This document shows positions 1-8,547 of a DNA stretch of 64,000 nt, in pieces (position 1 is the first letter of the stretch; every line of letters starts with the position of its first letter). Source of the stretch: Phycisphaerae bacterium. Lineage in GTDB: Bacteria > Planctomycetota > Phycisphaerae > UBA1845 > Fen-1342. Position numbers and translations under genes: made by a program. The stretch spans positions 32,001 through 96,000 of the forward strand of contig CAXXTC010000005.1 of the NCBI GenBank assembly GCA_963666925.2. The letters are read 5' to 3'. The notes under the pieces were generated by a model that saw nothing but the letters and a program-made list of their open reading frames with translations, had not been told where the DNA came from and ran no database searches.

Positions 1-691
1 CCAGGTTGATCGCAACGTTCAGCGCACGATGGGCCGTCTCCCAGCGCTGCTGGTTGATATACACCGTCGCCAGGTTCACCAGCACGATCGGCTGGCCGGC
101 GTCACATTCGAGCGATTCCTTGTAGGCCTTGATGGCTTCGTAGTGCTTGCCCTGCGCAGCCAGTGCCGCCCCCAGGTTGCTGCGAACCCGCGCATCGGAC
201 GGGTCCAGCCGAATCGCCTCTTCATAGGCCGCCACCGCCTGCGGCAACTCGCCACTGCGGTGATAACAGGTACCCAGCTCGAAGCGCAACGTGAAGTTGT
301 CCGGATCCAGCTCGCACGCCATCACGTACGCCCGAATCGCCTGCGTCAAGCGGTCCAGCAGCCGATAGACCTCGGCCAGCGCCGCCAGCGGCTCCACCTG
401 CGTCGGATCGAGCTTAACCGCTTCCTGAAGCGAGTCGGCCGCCGCCGTCAGGTTGCCCTGCTCCTTGTACACCAGCCCCAATTTGCAATGTGCGTCTGCG
501 TAGTGCGGGTCGAGCTTCACCGCTTCACGAAACTCGGCCAGCGCCGCGTCCAGCCGATGCTCCTGGAGAGCCCGCTCCCCGTCCGAGACACGCGCCGTCG
601 CCAAATGCCGGCCTAGCGTACACCCACCGACCGCGCAGCCGACCAACACCAACGCCGCACCGGCGAGCAGAGATTTGTGTGACTGGAACAC
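1..691 (-). CDS. TPR-repeat lipoprotein (3' end runs off the window)
   Basis: Translated by hand, not in the ORF track: GTG at 691 after GGGAG; MFQSHKSLLAGAALVLVGCAVGGC signal/lipobox, then tandem TPRs (AVKLDPHYADAHCKLGLVY, AIRLDPSDARVRSNLGAAL). Confidence 0.85.
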   Translation of the reverse strand, partial: MFQSHKSLLAGAALVLVGCAVGGCTLGRHLATARVSDGERALQEHRLDAALAEFREAVKLDPHYADAHCKLGLVYKEQGNLTAAADSLQEAVKLDPTQVEPLAALAEVYRLLDRLTQAIRAYVMACELDPDNFTLRFELGTCYHRSGELPQAVAAYEEAIRLDPSDARVRSNLGAALAAQGKHYEAIKAYKESLECDAGQPIVLVNLATVYINQQRWETAHRALNVAINL

Positions 692-735
692 GGCTACTCC
701 CGTCGTTGTCGGCCCCGGCCAGCATCGTCGCGAAC

Positions 736-788
736 TGTGGCACTGGTTTGCAACCAGTGGAAATCACCGGCTGGAAACCGGTGCCACA
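736..788. repeat. REP-like palindromic doublet, family A
   Basis: TGTGGCACTGGTTTGCAACCAGTG (736-759) inverted to CACCGGCTGGAAACCGGTGCCACA (765-788); related copies at 6107, 19529 and 58841. Confidence 0.85.
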
Positions 789-877
789 AGAGTCCAGGAA
801 CAACTTCTACCATTTCGCGACCACGGCCGTCAATGCGCCACGCACCCCAGCGCCCGGCACTTCGCCGCGTTGCTCTG

Positions 878-3310
878 TTATCGGCCGTCGCCGGTCGCCG
901 GCTGGCTCGGGTTGCGGTCAGCCTGACGCGTGAACTGTTCCACGTAGCTCTGCGCCAACAGCCGCACCAGCTCATCTTCGTCCGATTCAGCCAGCTCACC
1001 CGCCCGGGCCGCGAACGACGCCCCCTGCCGAGCCAACACGCGCACCGCGAACATCCGCACCAGCCAATGGGGATGATCCAGACACCCGCGCACCGTCGCC
1101 AGCATCCGGCCATCCAAACCCACCAGTTGCAGCGCCTCGAGCGTCCACACGCGCGTTTCCCAATCCTCACTTTCCAGGCCGCTGACCAGCGCCGCGCTGA
1201 TGCGGTCCGTCGGCACCGCATCCGGCTTGTAATTCAGCCGATTCAGCCGGGCCCGCTGATACTCACCCAGCAACTCGGCCAGCACCTCCAGCGCCCGCCA
1301 GCGATTGCGCTGCGAATCGCCCGACACCGCTGCCAGTAACACGCGCAGCGCCTCCGGGCTGGTGTGCGCCGGCAATCGATTAAAATACGACGTTTCGAGC
1401 ACCTGCCCGCCCGGGCCACACTGCCACTGCCCCGCCGCGTCCAGTTGCGGATCGAGCAACGCGTTCAGCGTGACGCGCTGCATCTGCTGCGGCGTCTGAC
1501 GCGCGACCTGCCGCAGCGGCCCAACGTCGAGCGTCTGCTCCAGCTCAATAGTCTGGCCGGGGTACAGCGCGTGAGCCTGATCGAGCGTTATCGTCAGCAG
1601 GTTCGGAAACGCGCGTTTTCGATCCCCTTCCAATTCAAACGACAGCAGGAACGTCGGATTGACCATCGCGTCGGTGCCGAGTGTTATCGGAACCGCCCCG
1701 CGATTGGTCAGCGTAAATGTCGCCCGCCAAGGCTGCCCGGGCCGAAGACTCTTGTCGTGCAGATCGATCCGCGCTTCGAGCAACCGCGCGGCAAACTCGT
1801 CAAAGTGCAGCACCGCCGGCGTAAACCCGGTGAGTACAGCAATCAGGTTGGCTTGTTCGTCCGTAGCGGGCTGGCTTGTCGCCGGTTGTGTCGGCGCAGG
1901 CAGGGCCGTCACATTCAGCATCGCCGCGGGCGACGATGACTGCGTTGCGGGCCCGCTGGCCGGTGCACTGGCAGGTGCCGAAGCCGGCTGCGTCGCCGGG
2001 CTGGTCAAGTTCAACGTTTGCAGCAATTCGTGTGCCGGGCCGGCCACCGGCACCGGATGCAGCGCGGCCACGACCTTTCGCGCCGCTTCCAGGTCTCCCG
2101 TATCGCGCAGGATGGCGGCCGCCATGTAGTTTGCGAAGGGTTCTCGATCCACCAACGGCAGCAAGACCATCAGAGCCGAGTTGTAGTCCCCCAGCGCGGC
2201 ATACGCCCACCCCAGCACGCGCTGCACAAAAACATCCTGCGGCGCCCGCTTGCCAGCAGCCTGCGCCAACATCAGGCCACGCTGGGGCTGTGTCTCGATC
2301 GTCGTGTAGAACCACGCCGCCTGTGCAATCTCGTTTACAGGATAATCCGCCGGCTCGCGAATTGACGCAAACCGCTCCGATAACTGCTCGCCAATGTGTC
2401 GCGCGCGGGCCTTTTGATCCCCACGTACGTACAGGTAGTGCAACTGGATCCCCGCCTCGGCCGCGCACAGCGGATCGAGTTCTACCACCTCGCGCGTCAG
2501 CTCGACGGCCTCCTCCCACCGGCCCAGCACGTATCGATTCCGGGCAGCGTCCAGCAGAAAACTCCCCGGCAATGCCCCGATAACTCGCCGCCGACGCAAC
2601 TCCAGCACGTGGTCAAAGTACACGGACGCGTCCATCGGCAGCCCCCAATCGTGCAGGATCAGCGCCGCACGCCACGCCGCATCCACATCACGAGGCTGCA
2701 AACGCAACACGTCCAGCATGCTGTGCAACTGCTCCGCCGGCGGCGCATCCGCCGGCATGACCTCGGCACACAGCCGCGCTGCCGGTATGCACTCACCATC
2801 CAGCCGCAGCGCCGTCCGGGCCTGCTCCAGCGCTCCGGCCGGGTCCATCTGCTCCAGCGCGAGCTGCGCCAGGTGAACATGCACCAGCGCCCGCAACGGG
2901 GCCGGCCGCTGCGTGGCGGCGATCGATTCCAGCCACGCCTGGCGAGCCTCCACCGTGCGCTGCGCCTCCAGGCCAGCCTCCAGCCAGCGGGCAAACGCGC
3001 CGTAGTGCGTAGGCGCGACATTCAGCAAGCCGCTCACCATCCGGGCCGCCTCTTCGCGCTCGCCGCTCAGTGTTGCCAGCTCATACAGCCATGCCCGGGC
3101 ATCGACCTGCTCCGGGTCCAGACGCACAGCCGCCTTGAGCAGGGCCCGCACCCGGTCAACGTCGGCCCGATCCTGCTGGCCCTGCTGGCACAAGGCATGG
3201 TCACGGGCCAGGTCAACCAGCAATTCGGCCGTCGTCTGCGGGCGCACACCCTCCGCCTGCAATCCCATCCCGCTCGCCAGCACCACGACCAGGCCGATCG
3301 CAATCGGCAT
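878..3310 (-). CDS. Exported TPR/HEAT-repeat protein with a TQP-rich linker
   Basis: Signal-like N-terminus after GAGG (start could instead be 3340); helical TPR-like repeats; PATQPASAPASAP linker; C-terminal HEAT-like repeats (LESEDWETRVWTLEAL, LDHPHWLVRMFAVRVL). Confidence 0.75.
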   Translation of the reverse strand: MPIAIGLVVVLASGMGLQAEGVRPQTTAELLVDLARDHALCQQGQQDRADVDRVRALLKAAVRLDPEQVDARAWLYELATLSGEREEAARMVSGLLNVAPTHYGAFARWLEAGLEAQRTVEARQAWLESIAATQRPAPLRALVHVHLAQLALEQMDPAGALEQARTALRLDGECIPAARLCAEVMPADAPPAEQLHSMLDVLRLQPRDVDAAWRAALILHDWGLPMDASVYFDHVLELRRRRVIGALPGSFLLDAARNRYVLGRWEEAVELTREVVELDPLCAAEAGIQLHYLYVRGDQKARARHIGEQLSERFASIREPADYPVNEIAQAAWFYTTIETQPQRGLMLAQAAGKRAPQDVFVQRVLGWAYAALGDYNSALMVLLPLVDREPFANYMAAAILRDTGDLEAARKVVAALHPVPVAGPAHELLQTLNLTSPATQPASAPASAPASGPATQSSSPAAMLNVTALPAPTQPATSQPATDEQANLIAVLTGFTPAVLHFDEFAARLLEARIDLHDKSLRPGQPWRATFTLTNRGAVPITLGTDAMVNPTFLLSFELEGDRKRAFPNLLTITLDQAHALYPGQTIELEQTLDVGPLRQVARQTPQQMQRVTLNALLDPQLDAAGQWQCGPGGQVLETSYFNRLPAHTSPEALRVLLAAVSGDSQRNRWRALEVLAELLGEYQRARLNRLNYKPDAVPTDRISAALVSGLESEDWETRVWTLEALQLVGLDGRMLATVRGCLDHPHWLVRMFAVRVLARQGASFAARAGELAESDEDELVRLLAQSYVEQFTRQADRNPSQPATGDGR

Positions 3311-3606
3311 TCCAAGCGGTCCTCGTCCAGGCATACGCATCTCCGGATATTGATAAGGCAGTGCACATGATAACCCGGTCGTGGTCAAGTGGGTGGGGCG
3401 CCGGACCCTGGTGCCAGTCTTGTCCGCCACCTCTTTAGCCGTGGTTTGGTTTGACTTCTGGCTACGACGGGTCCTAGAACTTCATGAGGGTATTCGCTCA
3501 CCTGCCGATCGGTTGGTTTCGGGCCGCATTAATGTCTACGGCTAACGCACCGGTTCGCCAAACCCTCCACGTGTATCCGTAATTCCAGTTACATCAGGAG
3601 CTTAAG

Positions 3607-4170
3607 ATGCGCACAACGGTACTGACAATAGCGTTGGCCCTGCTGGCAATGTCCGCGGCGGCCGAACAGTTGACCTTCATCCACGAGGGCAGCGGTAGCG
3701 GCACACTGGACGGCAGCACCTTCCCCGCCTCCGCATTCGTCATCACCGCGGTCGTGGACACCGACGACCGAACCTCGTTCACCAACGGCTGGTCGATAGG
3801 TCACCTCTCAGCTTCGATCACCATCGACGGGTTGGGCACATTCGACTTCATCAGTGCAACCCGTACCTTCGTCAACAACGGTGGCCAAATCGTTGGCTTC
3901 TCACGCAATGGCATCAGCGGGATGGATTTGTTCGACGGCCCTGAGAACACCGCCTTTGCGGACTGGGATATGCTCAGCCCCATCGGCCCGATCAGCGGTG
4001 ATGGCTACCTGATGCAATGGGATGATAGCCCGCAGATCAATACGTCTGGGGGCAGCCTGTTCTTCAACGAAGAATCCTCAGACGCAACCTTCACGGCAAT
4101 CCCCGAGCCCGCGACGATCGCGTTGCTGCTCGCCAGCACTGTCATCGAGCTAATCCGGCGCCGCCCGTAA
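3607..4170 (+). CDS. PEP-CTERM sorting-domain protein
   Basis: AGGAG RBS, signal peptide, C-terminal IPEPATIALLLA plus a basic tail RRRP. Confidence 0.9.
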   Translation: MRTTVLTIALALLAMSAAAEQLTFIHEGSGSGTLDGSTFPASAFVITAVVDTDDRTSFTNGWSIGHLSASITIDGLGTFDFISATRTFVNNGGQIVGFSRNGISGMDLFDGPENTAFADWDMLSPIGPISGDGYLMQWDDSPQINTSGGSLFFNEESSDATFTAIPEPATIALLLASTVIELIRRRP

Positions 4171-4284
4171 GCACCAACCCATCTCAGCACGATCACCCGG
4201 ACGCCCCATCCCGTTGCGTAGCACGGGGCGGGGGACTCACCATCCCGCCTTCCCCAAACACGCGCCGAGCACGTCAAACCCACG

Positions 4285-4617
4285 CTACTCCGGTGCCGGC
4301 TCCAACACCGCCGTCATCGAGCCCGCGCTGCGTTCCAGGCGCCAGTCAGGCCCATAGGCGTGGATCTGCTCCTGCTTGAATTCCGCCCGTTCGAAGACCG
4401 TCGTCTCCACGATCACCCGCCCGGTGTTGTCCACCTCGCAGGCCATCCGGAAGGACCTCTCCAAACTGTGCCCGAACACCCGCCGCAGCATCTCGATCAC
4501 ATAGTCGTACGTATGATCGTCGTCGTCGATCAGCACCACATGCCACAGCGGCGCGGTCTTCGGCTTGGCCGCCGCCACCTCCGGAATAGCCACTGCCTGC
4601 TGCCCAGTATCCATCAT
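4285..4617 (-). CDS. clpS: ATP-dependent Clp protease adaptor ClpS
   Basis: WHVVLIDDDDHTYDYVIEML...VDNTGR pattern, 110 aa. Confidence 0.9.
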   Translation of the reverse strand: MMDTGQQAVAIPEVAAAKPKTAPLWHVVLIDDDDHTYDYVIEMLRRVFGHSLERSFRMACEVDNTGRVIVETTVFERAEFKQEQIHAYGPDWRLERSAGSMTAVLEPAPE

Positions 4618-4698
4618 CGCGAGCCCTCTTTACCGGCAGCATAGCCCGCCCAACCGCCGATCGGTAGCATAATCTCGCGCTGCCCGGGGCCGCCCCTG

Positions 4699-4707
4699 TG
4701 GTATACT
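4699..4707 (+). promoter_or_regulatory. Extended -10 element upstream of ribBA
   Basis: TG-G-TATACT in a GC-rich divergent intergenic region. Confidence 0.55.
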
Positions 4708-4781
4708 GCGGGGTCTGGCGCTGCGGCACGCAGGCCGCCAGGACTCGGCATCAGTGCTCGCCTTCGAGCAGGAGCAGGACC

Positions 4782-6050
4782 ATGAGCAGCGGGTCTAAAC
4801 CCGACGCACCAAACGCCTTCAGCCCCATCGATGAGATCCTAGACGAGCTTCGCCAGGGCAATTTGATCATCCTGGTCGACGACGAGGGCCGCGAGAATGA
4901 GGGCGACCTGGTCTGTCCGGCCCAGGCAATCACGCCTGAGAAGGTCAATTTCATGCTCACGCACGGGCGTGGCACGCTCTGTGTCGCGCTCACGGAAGCC
5001 CGCTGCCGCCGACTCAACCTGCACCCTCAGGTCCCGCTGAACACCACCCGTCTGGGCACCAATTTCACCGTAACGGTCGACGCCGGCGCCCATCTCGGCA
5101 CAACCACGGGCGTGTCCACGCACGACCGCGCCACGACCATTCGCCACCTAGTGGCCGAAGAGGCCGTCCCCGAGGATTTCGTCCGGCCCGGGCACGTCAA
5201 CCCGCTCACCGCGCGCGAAGGCGGCGTGCTCGTCCGCGGCGGGCAAACCGAGGGCTCGGTCGACCTCTGTCGACTCGCCGAGCTGCTCCCCGGCGCCGCC
5301 CTGATCGAAATCCTCAACGAGGACGGCACCATGGCCCGCGTGCCGCAGCTCATCGAGTTCTGCCGCACGCACAACCTCAAGATGTGCACCAACGCCGACC
5401 TGATCGAGTATCGCATGCAGCGCGAACGCCTCGTCGAACGCGTCGCCACCGTCCCGCTGCAAAACGAGTTCGGCGACTGGCTGCTGGTCGCTTTCCGCTC
5501 ACAGGCCGACCACCACACGCACGTCGCCCTCTGCCGCGGCGGCGTCGGCGAGCTCGATTCCTCCGGCGTCGTCAAACGCTGCGACCAGCCCGCCCTCGTC
5601 CGCGTCCACTCCGAATGTCTCACCGGCGACGTCTTCGGCTCAATGCGCTGCGAGTGCGGCGAGCAGCTCCGCGCTTCCATGGAAAGGATCGCCCGCGAAG
5701 GATGCGGTGCCGTCGTCTACCTGCGTCAGGAAGGCCGCGGGATCGGCCTCGAAAACAAACTCCACGCCTACCAGCTCCAGGACGGCGGCCGCGATACGGC
5801 CGAAGCTAACGAAGTCCTCGGCTTCCGCATCGACCACCGCGACTACGGCATCGGCGCCCAGATCCTCCGCGACATCGGCCTGTCACGGGTTCGCATCCTC
5901 ACCAACAACCCCAAGAAGGTCAGCCGGCTGAACGTCTACGGCCTAGAAGTGGTCGAGCAGCTCCCGCTCGAAATGCCCTGCACCGAGCACAACCGCCGCT
6001 ACCTCGAAACCAAGAAGTACAAGCTCGGCCACGACCTGCGCAACGTCTGA
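4782..6050 (+). CDS. ribBA: Bifunctional DHBP synthase / GTP cyclohydrolase II
   Basis: DDEGRENEGDL, RPGHVNPL, GQTEGSVDL; RVHSECLTGDVFGSMRCECG, QEGRGIGL, LTNNPKK. Confidence 0.97.
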   Translation: MSSGSKPDAPNAFSPIDEILDELRQGNLIILVDDEGRENEGDLVCPAQAITPEKVNFMLTHGRGTLCVALTEARCRRLNLHPQVPLNTTRLGTNFTVTVDAGAHLGTTTGVSTHDRATTIRHLVAEEAVPEDFVRPGHVNPLTAREGGVLVRGGQTEGSVDLCRLAELLPGAALIEILNEDGTMARVPQLIEFCRTHNLKMCTNADLIEYRMQRERLVERVATVPLQNEFGDWLLVAFRSQADHHTHVALCRGGVGELDSSGVVKRCDQPALVRVHSECLTGDVFGSMRCECGEQLRASMERIAREGCGAVVYLRQEGRGIGLENKLHAYQLQDGGRDTAEANEVLGFRIDHRDYGIGAQILRDIGLSRVRILTNNPKKVSRLNVYGLEVVEQLPLEMPCTEHNRRYLETKKYKLGHDLRNV

Positions 6051-6106
6051 CCCCCATACCCCACACTTCGTCGCAATCGAGCCCCGGCGAAGCTATCCAA
6101 GAATCC

Positions 6107-6163
6107 CTGTGGCACCGTTTATTAACCGATGGGTCGTGCCGGCCACGAAACCCCGTGCCACAG
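6107..6163. repeat. Degenerate REP-like element, family A, between convergent genes
   Basis: CTGTGGCACCGTTT...GTGCCACAG inverted ends. Confidence 0.6.
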
Positions 6164-6183
6164 CGTGGAAATGGGGTCCATTG

Positions 6184-7260
6184 TCAGCCACGCTTACGCT
6201 GGCTGATATCGATCTGGCGCTCGAGCGTTTCGGCCGCCCGGCGAACGCGCAAGGATACATTGGGCCGCAGCGCGGGGGCCAGTTCCGCCCGGGCCGCATC
6301 AACGCGGCCCAGGTGCCAGAGCACCTCGGCGCGCAACACCGGCACCCATTCAACCTGCCACGGCTCCACCTCACGCGCCGGCTGCGTGGTGCTCGGGCCG
6401 GCCGCCAGCCACTCCAACTGCGCCATGGCCGCCGGCCAGCGCTGAAGCCGTAAGAACGTGCGGGCCAGCAGCAGACGAAAATCGCCGCTGGTTGGACTAT
6501 CGACGAGACGATCCTCAGTCAACATCACCGCGCGGCCGTAATCAGCCACCTCAAACGCCTTGGACGCTTCGAGCCAGCGCCCGCCGGCGGCATCGGGTAC
6601 TTCGAAGCGCACTGGGCTGTCCCCGGGCGGAGCGGCGGCAGCACCGTCCGGCAACTTGCACAAACGTAGATCGTCGATCCAGAGCACGCCCGGCAAACCG
6701 TAGGTCCACAGCGTCACGCGCGCGAACTTGATGTCGAAGCGCTGCTCGCCAAACTCCACGGCCGCGGGCATGACGCAGTCCAGTGCGAACGGCTGCCACT
6801 GCTCCCCGGCACAATTCCACTGCTCTCCCGCGAACACGGGCTCGTCAGCGGTCTGCATCTCGCCGCGGACCATGCGATCGATGGTCGCACAACCCTCGAC
6901 CAGCAGTTGCAGCCGCGGGCCGGTCGAGCGAACGACGCCGGTACAGCGATAGCGTGCTCCCGGTTCGAGCGTAAGCTGATCCGCGCTCACCAGCGTGACG
7001 CCGAAATATTCCAGCGCGCGCTTCGGCGCCTTGATCTGCACGACGGGGCCACGCTCCGGATCTTCGTCGGGCTTGATCAAGCCGGGCTGATTGCTGGTCC
7101 AGTGTTCGGGCAGCTTGCCGTCCTCGCCCCAATCCTCAAACCCGCCATTCGGCAGCAGGTTGGCCGACTCCGGCGCCGGCGCGGTCGTCTGCCCCAGACA
7201 AAACGCCACGCCGCCAACCAACACCAGGGCCGCAATCAGAAATCGCCGGTAGTTCATCAC
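6184..7260 (-). CDS. Exported protein with a CBM4/9-like domain and TPR-like C-terminus
   Basis: Signal peptide, NLLPNGGFEDW...LWIDDL beta-sandwich signature, helical C-terminus. Confidence 0.6.
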   Translation of the reverse strand: MMNYRRFLIAALVLVGGVAFCLGQTTAPAPESANLLPNGGFEDWGEDGKLPEHWTSNQPGLIKPDEDPERGPVVQIKAPKRALEYFGVTLVSADQLTLEPGARYRCTGVVRSTGPRLQLLVEGCATIDRMVRGEMQTADEPVFAGEQWNCAGEQWQPFALDCVMPAAVEFGEQRFDIKFARVTLWTYGLPGVLWIDDLRLCKLPDGAAAAPPGDSPVRFEVPDAAGGRWLEASKAFEVADYGRAVMLTEDRLVDSPTSGDFRLLLARTFLRLQRWPAAMAQLEWLAAGPSTTQPAREVEPWQVEWVPVLRAEVLWHLGRVDAARAELAPALRPNVSLRVRRAAETLERQIDISQRKRG

Positions 7261-8438
7261 AGATCATCCACCGCTGGCCGGTAGCCCTGGATTTCAAACG
7301 GCGAAACCTCCAGACTGCCGCCGAGGAAATCGTAGTAGGGCATGACGATGGCCTGCCGAACTTTTTCCGCCGTCGTTCGGCTCGGGTCAAATGTGACGCG
7401 AACGCGGGCGACGGTCGGGTTGGGCCAAGTTTCGACCTTCACGTAGCCGGCCAGGGCATAATCATCGTCGCGCCCGAGCCAGCGATCGACCAAGTCGCTC
7501 GAGCTTCCGCGACAGGTCACGCCGACGACCTCCAGCGAAACGCTCGCCGTCTCGGCCGGCGCGTCACCGCGCGACTGAACAAACGATGGCAGCGGAAACG
7601 CATACGTCGCCGCCACCGCCGCCCCGATACAGGCCAGTATGACGACCAGTATGGCGACCTGCGGCAATCGTCCGCCCCAGCCCTTCGGCAGGCCCCACCA
7701 AAGCGCACCGTCAGCCAGCTTCGGACAAGCCGACACGCAATCAAGACAAGCCGTGCAGCGCGACGCGGTAACCTGCCGCACCTGGTCGACCTTGATGTTC
7801 ATCGGGCAGACACGCTGGCAGATGCCGCAATCGACGCACGTCGCCTCGTCGCGATGAACACGCGTGGGAGCAATGCGCGAAAACGGCGTGAAAATCGCGG
7901 CCAGCGGGCACAGCCAGCGACAGAACGGCACCATAACGAAAAGCGAACCGAGGACAACGGCGCCGCTGACCACGTAAGCCCAGATGGTGATGTCCTTGCC
8001 ATGCCGACTTATCAATGCATAGCACGGGTCGGCCGCACGAAACAGCAGCTCGCCGGAAGTCCAGGTGATGTAGAGGATGAACGCTAAGACGGCGTACTTG
8101 AGCAATGCCAGCGAGCGGTCGAGCACGTAGGGCACCTGGCGACGCTTCATGCCGAGCGCCCGCCCCAGGTCATAAACCCATTCAGAGATGGCCCCGATCG
8201 GGCACACATAACCACAAAACGCCCGGCGCAGCAGCAACGTCATCAGCAGCACCGCGCCGAGAATGAAGAAATTGGCCACACCCAGCGAGCAGGTCATGGT
8301 GCCATTGGTCACGTAGCTGTAAAGCGCCTCGACGCCGCCGAGCGGACACCACCGTTCGCAGTGCCCATTGACGATGAACACCCCGACGATGACGAGCACG
8401 AGAAAGGCCAGTTGAGTGAGGCGACGGACGATCTTCAT
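7257..8438 (-). CDS. Membrane 4Fe-4S protein (NapH/YccM-like) with a C-terminal HMA-like domain
   Basis: CERWCP, FCGYVCP, FCRWLCP; CVDCGICQRVCP and CTACLDCVSACP ferredoxin motifs; LEVVGVTCRGS. Confidence 0.85.
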   Translation of the reverse strand: MKIVRRLTQLAFLVLVIVGVFIVNGHCERWCPLGGVEALYSYVTNGTMTCSLGVANFFILGAVLLMTLLLRRAFCGYVCPIGAISEWVYDLGRALGMKRRQVPYVLDRSLALLKYAVLAFILYITWTSGELLFRAADPCYALISRHGKDITIWAYVVSGAVVLGSLFVMVPFCRWLCPLAAIFTPFSRIAPTRVHRDEATCVDCGICQRVCPMNIKVDQVRQVTASRCTACLDCVSACPKLADGALWWGLPKGWGGRLPQVAILVVILACIGAAVAATYAFPLPSFVQSRGDAPAETASVSLEVVGVTCRGSSSDLVDRWLGRDDDYALAGYVKVETWPNPTVARVRVTFDPSRTTAEKVRQAIVMPYYDFLGGSLEVSPFEIQGYRPAVDDL

Positions 8439-8547
8439 TGCTGCTGACACCTGCGAGAAACGTGAAAGCACAAAGCCCCCGGCCACGCCCATCCGAGCGA
8501 TTGGTGGTCCGGGCACAGCGAGGATCAACTCGCGGCCCGCCAGTCTA

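Noticed and set aside
3435..3545. 10-bp imperfect inverted repeat (TTAGCCGTGG / CTACGGCTAA) upstream of the PEP-CTERM gene
   Set aside because: Single short occurrence; cannot be distinguished from chance or called a MITE or riboswitch
4708..4781. Possible FMN riboswitch ahead of ribBA (also checked ahead of ribE)
   Set aside because: GC-rich hairpins are present, but the conserved RFN sequence blocks are absent and the leader is too short
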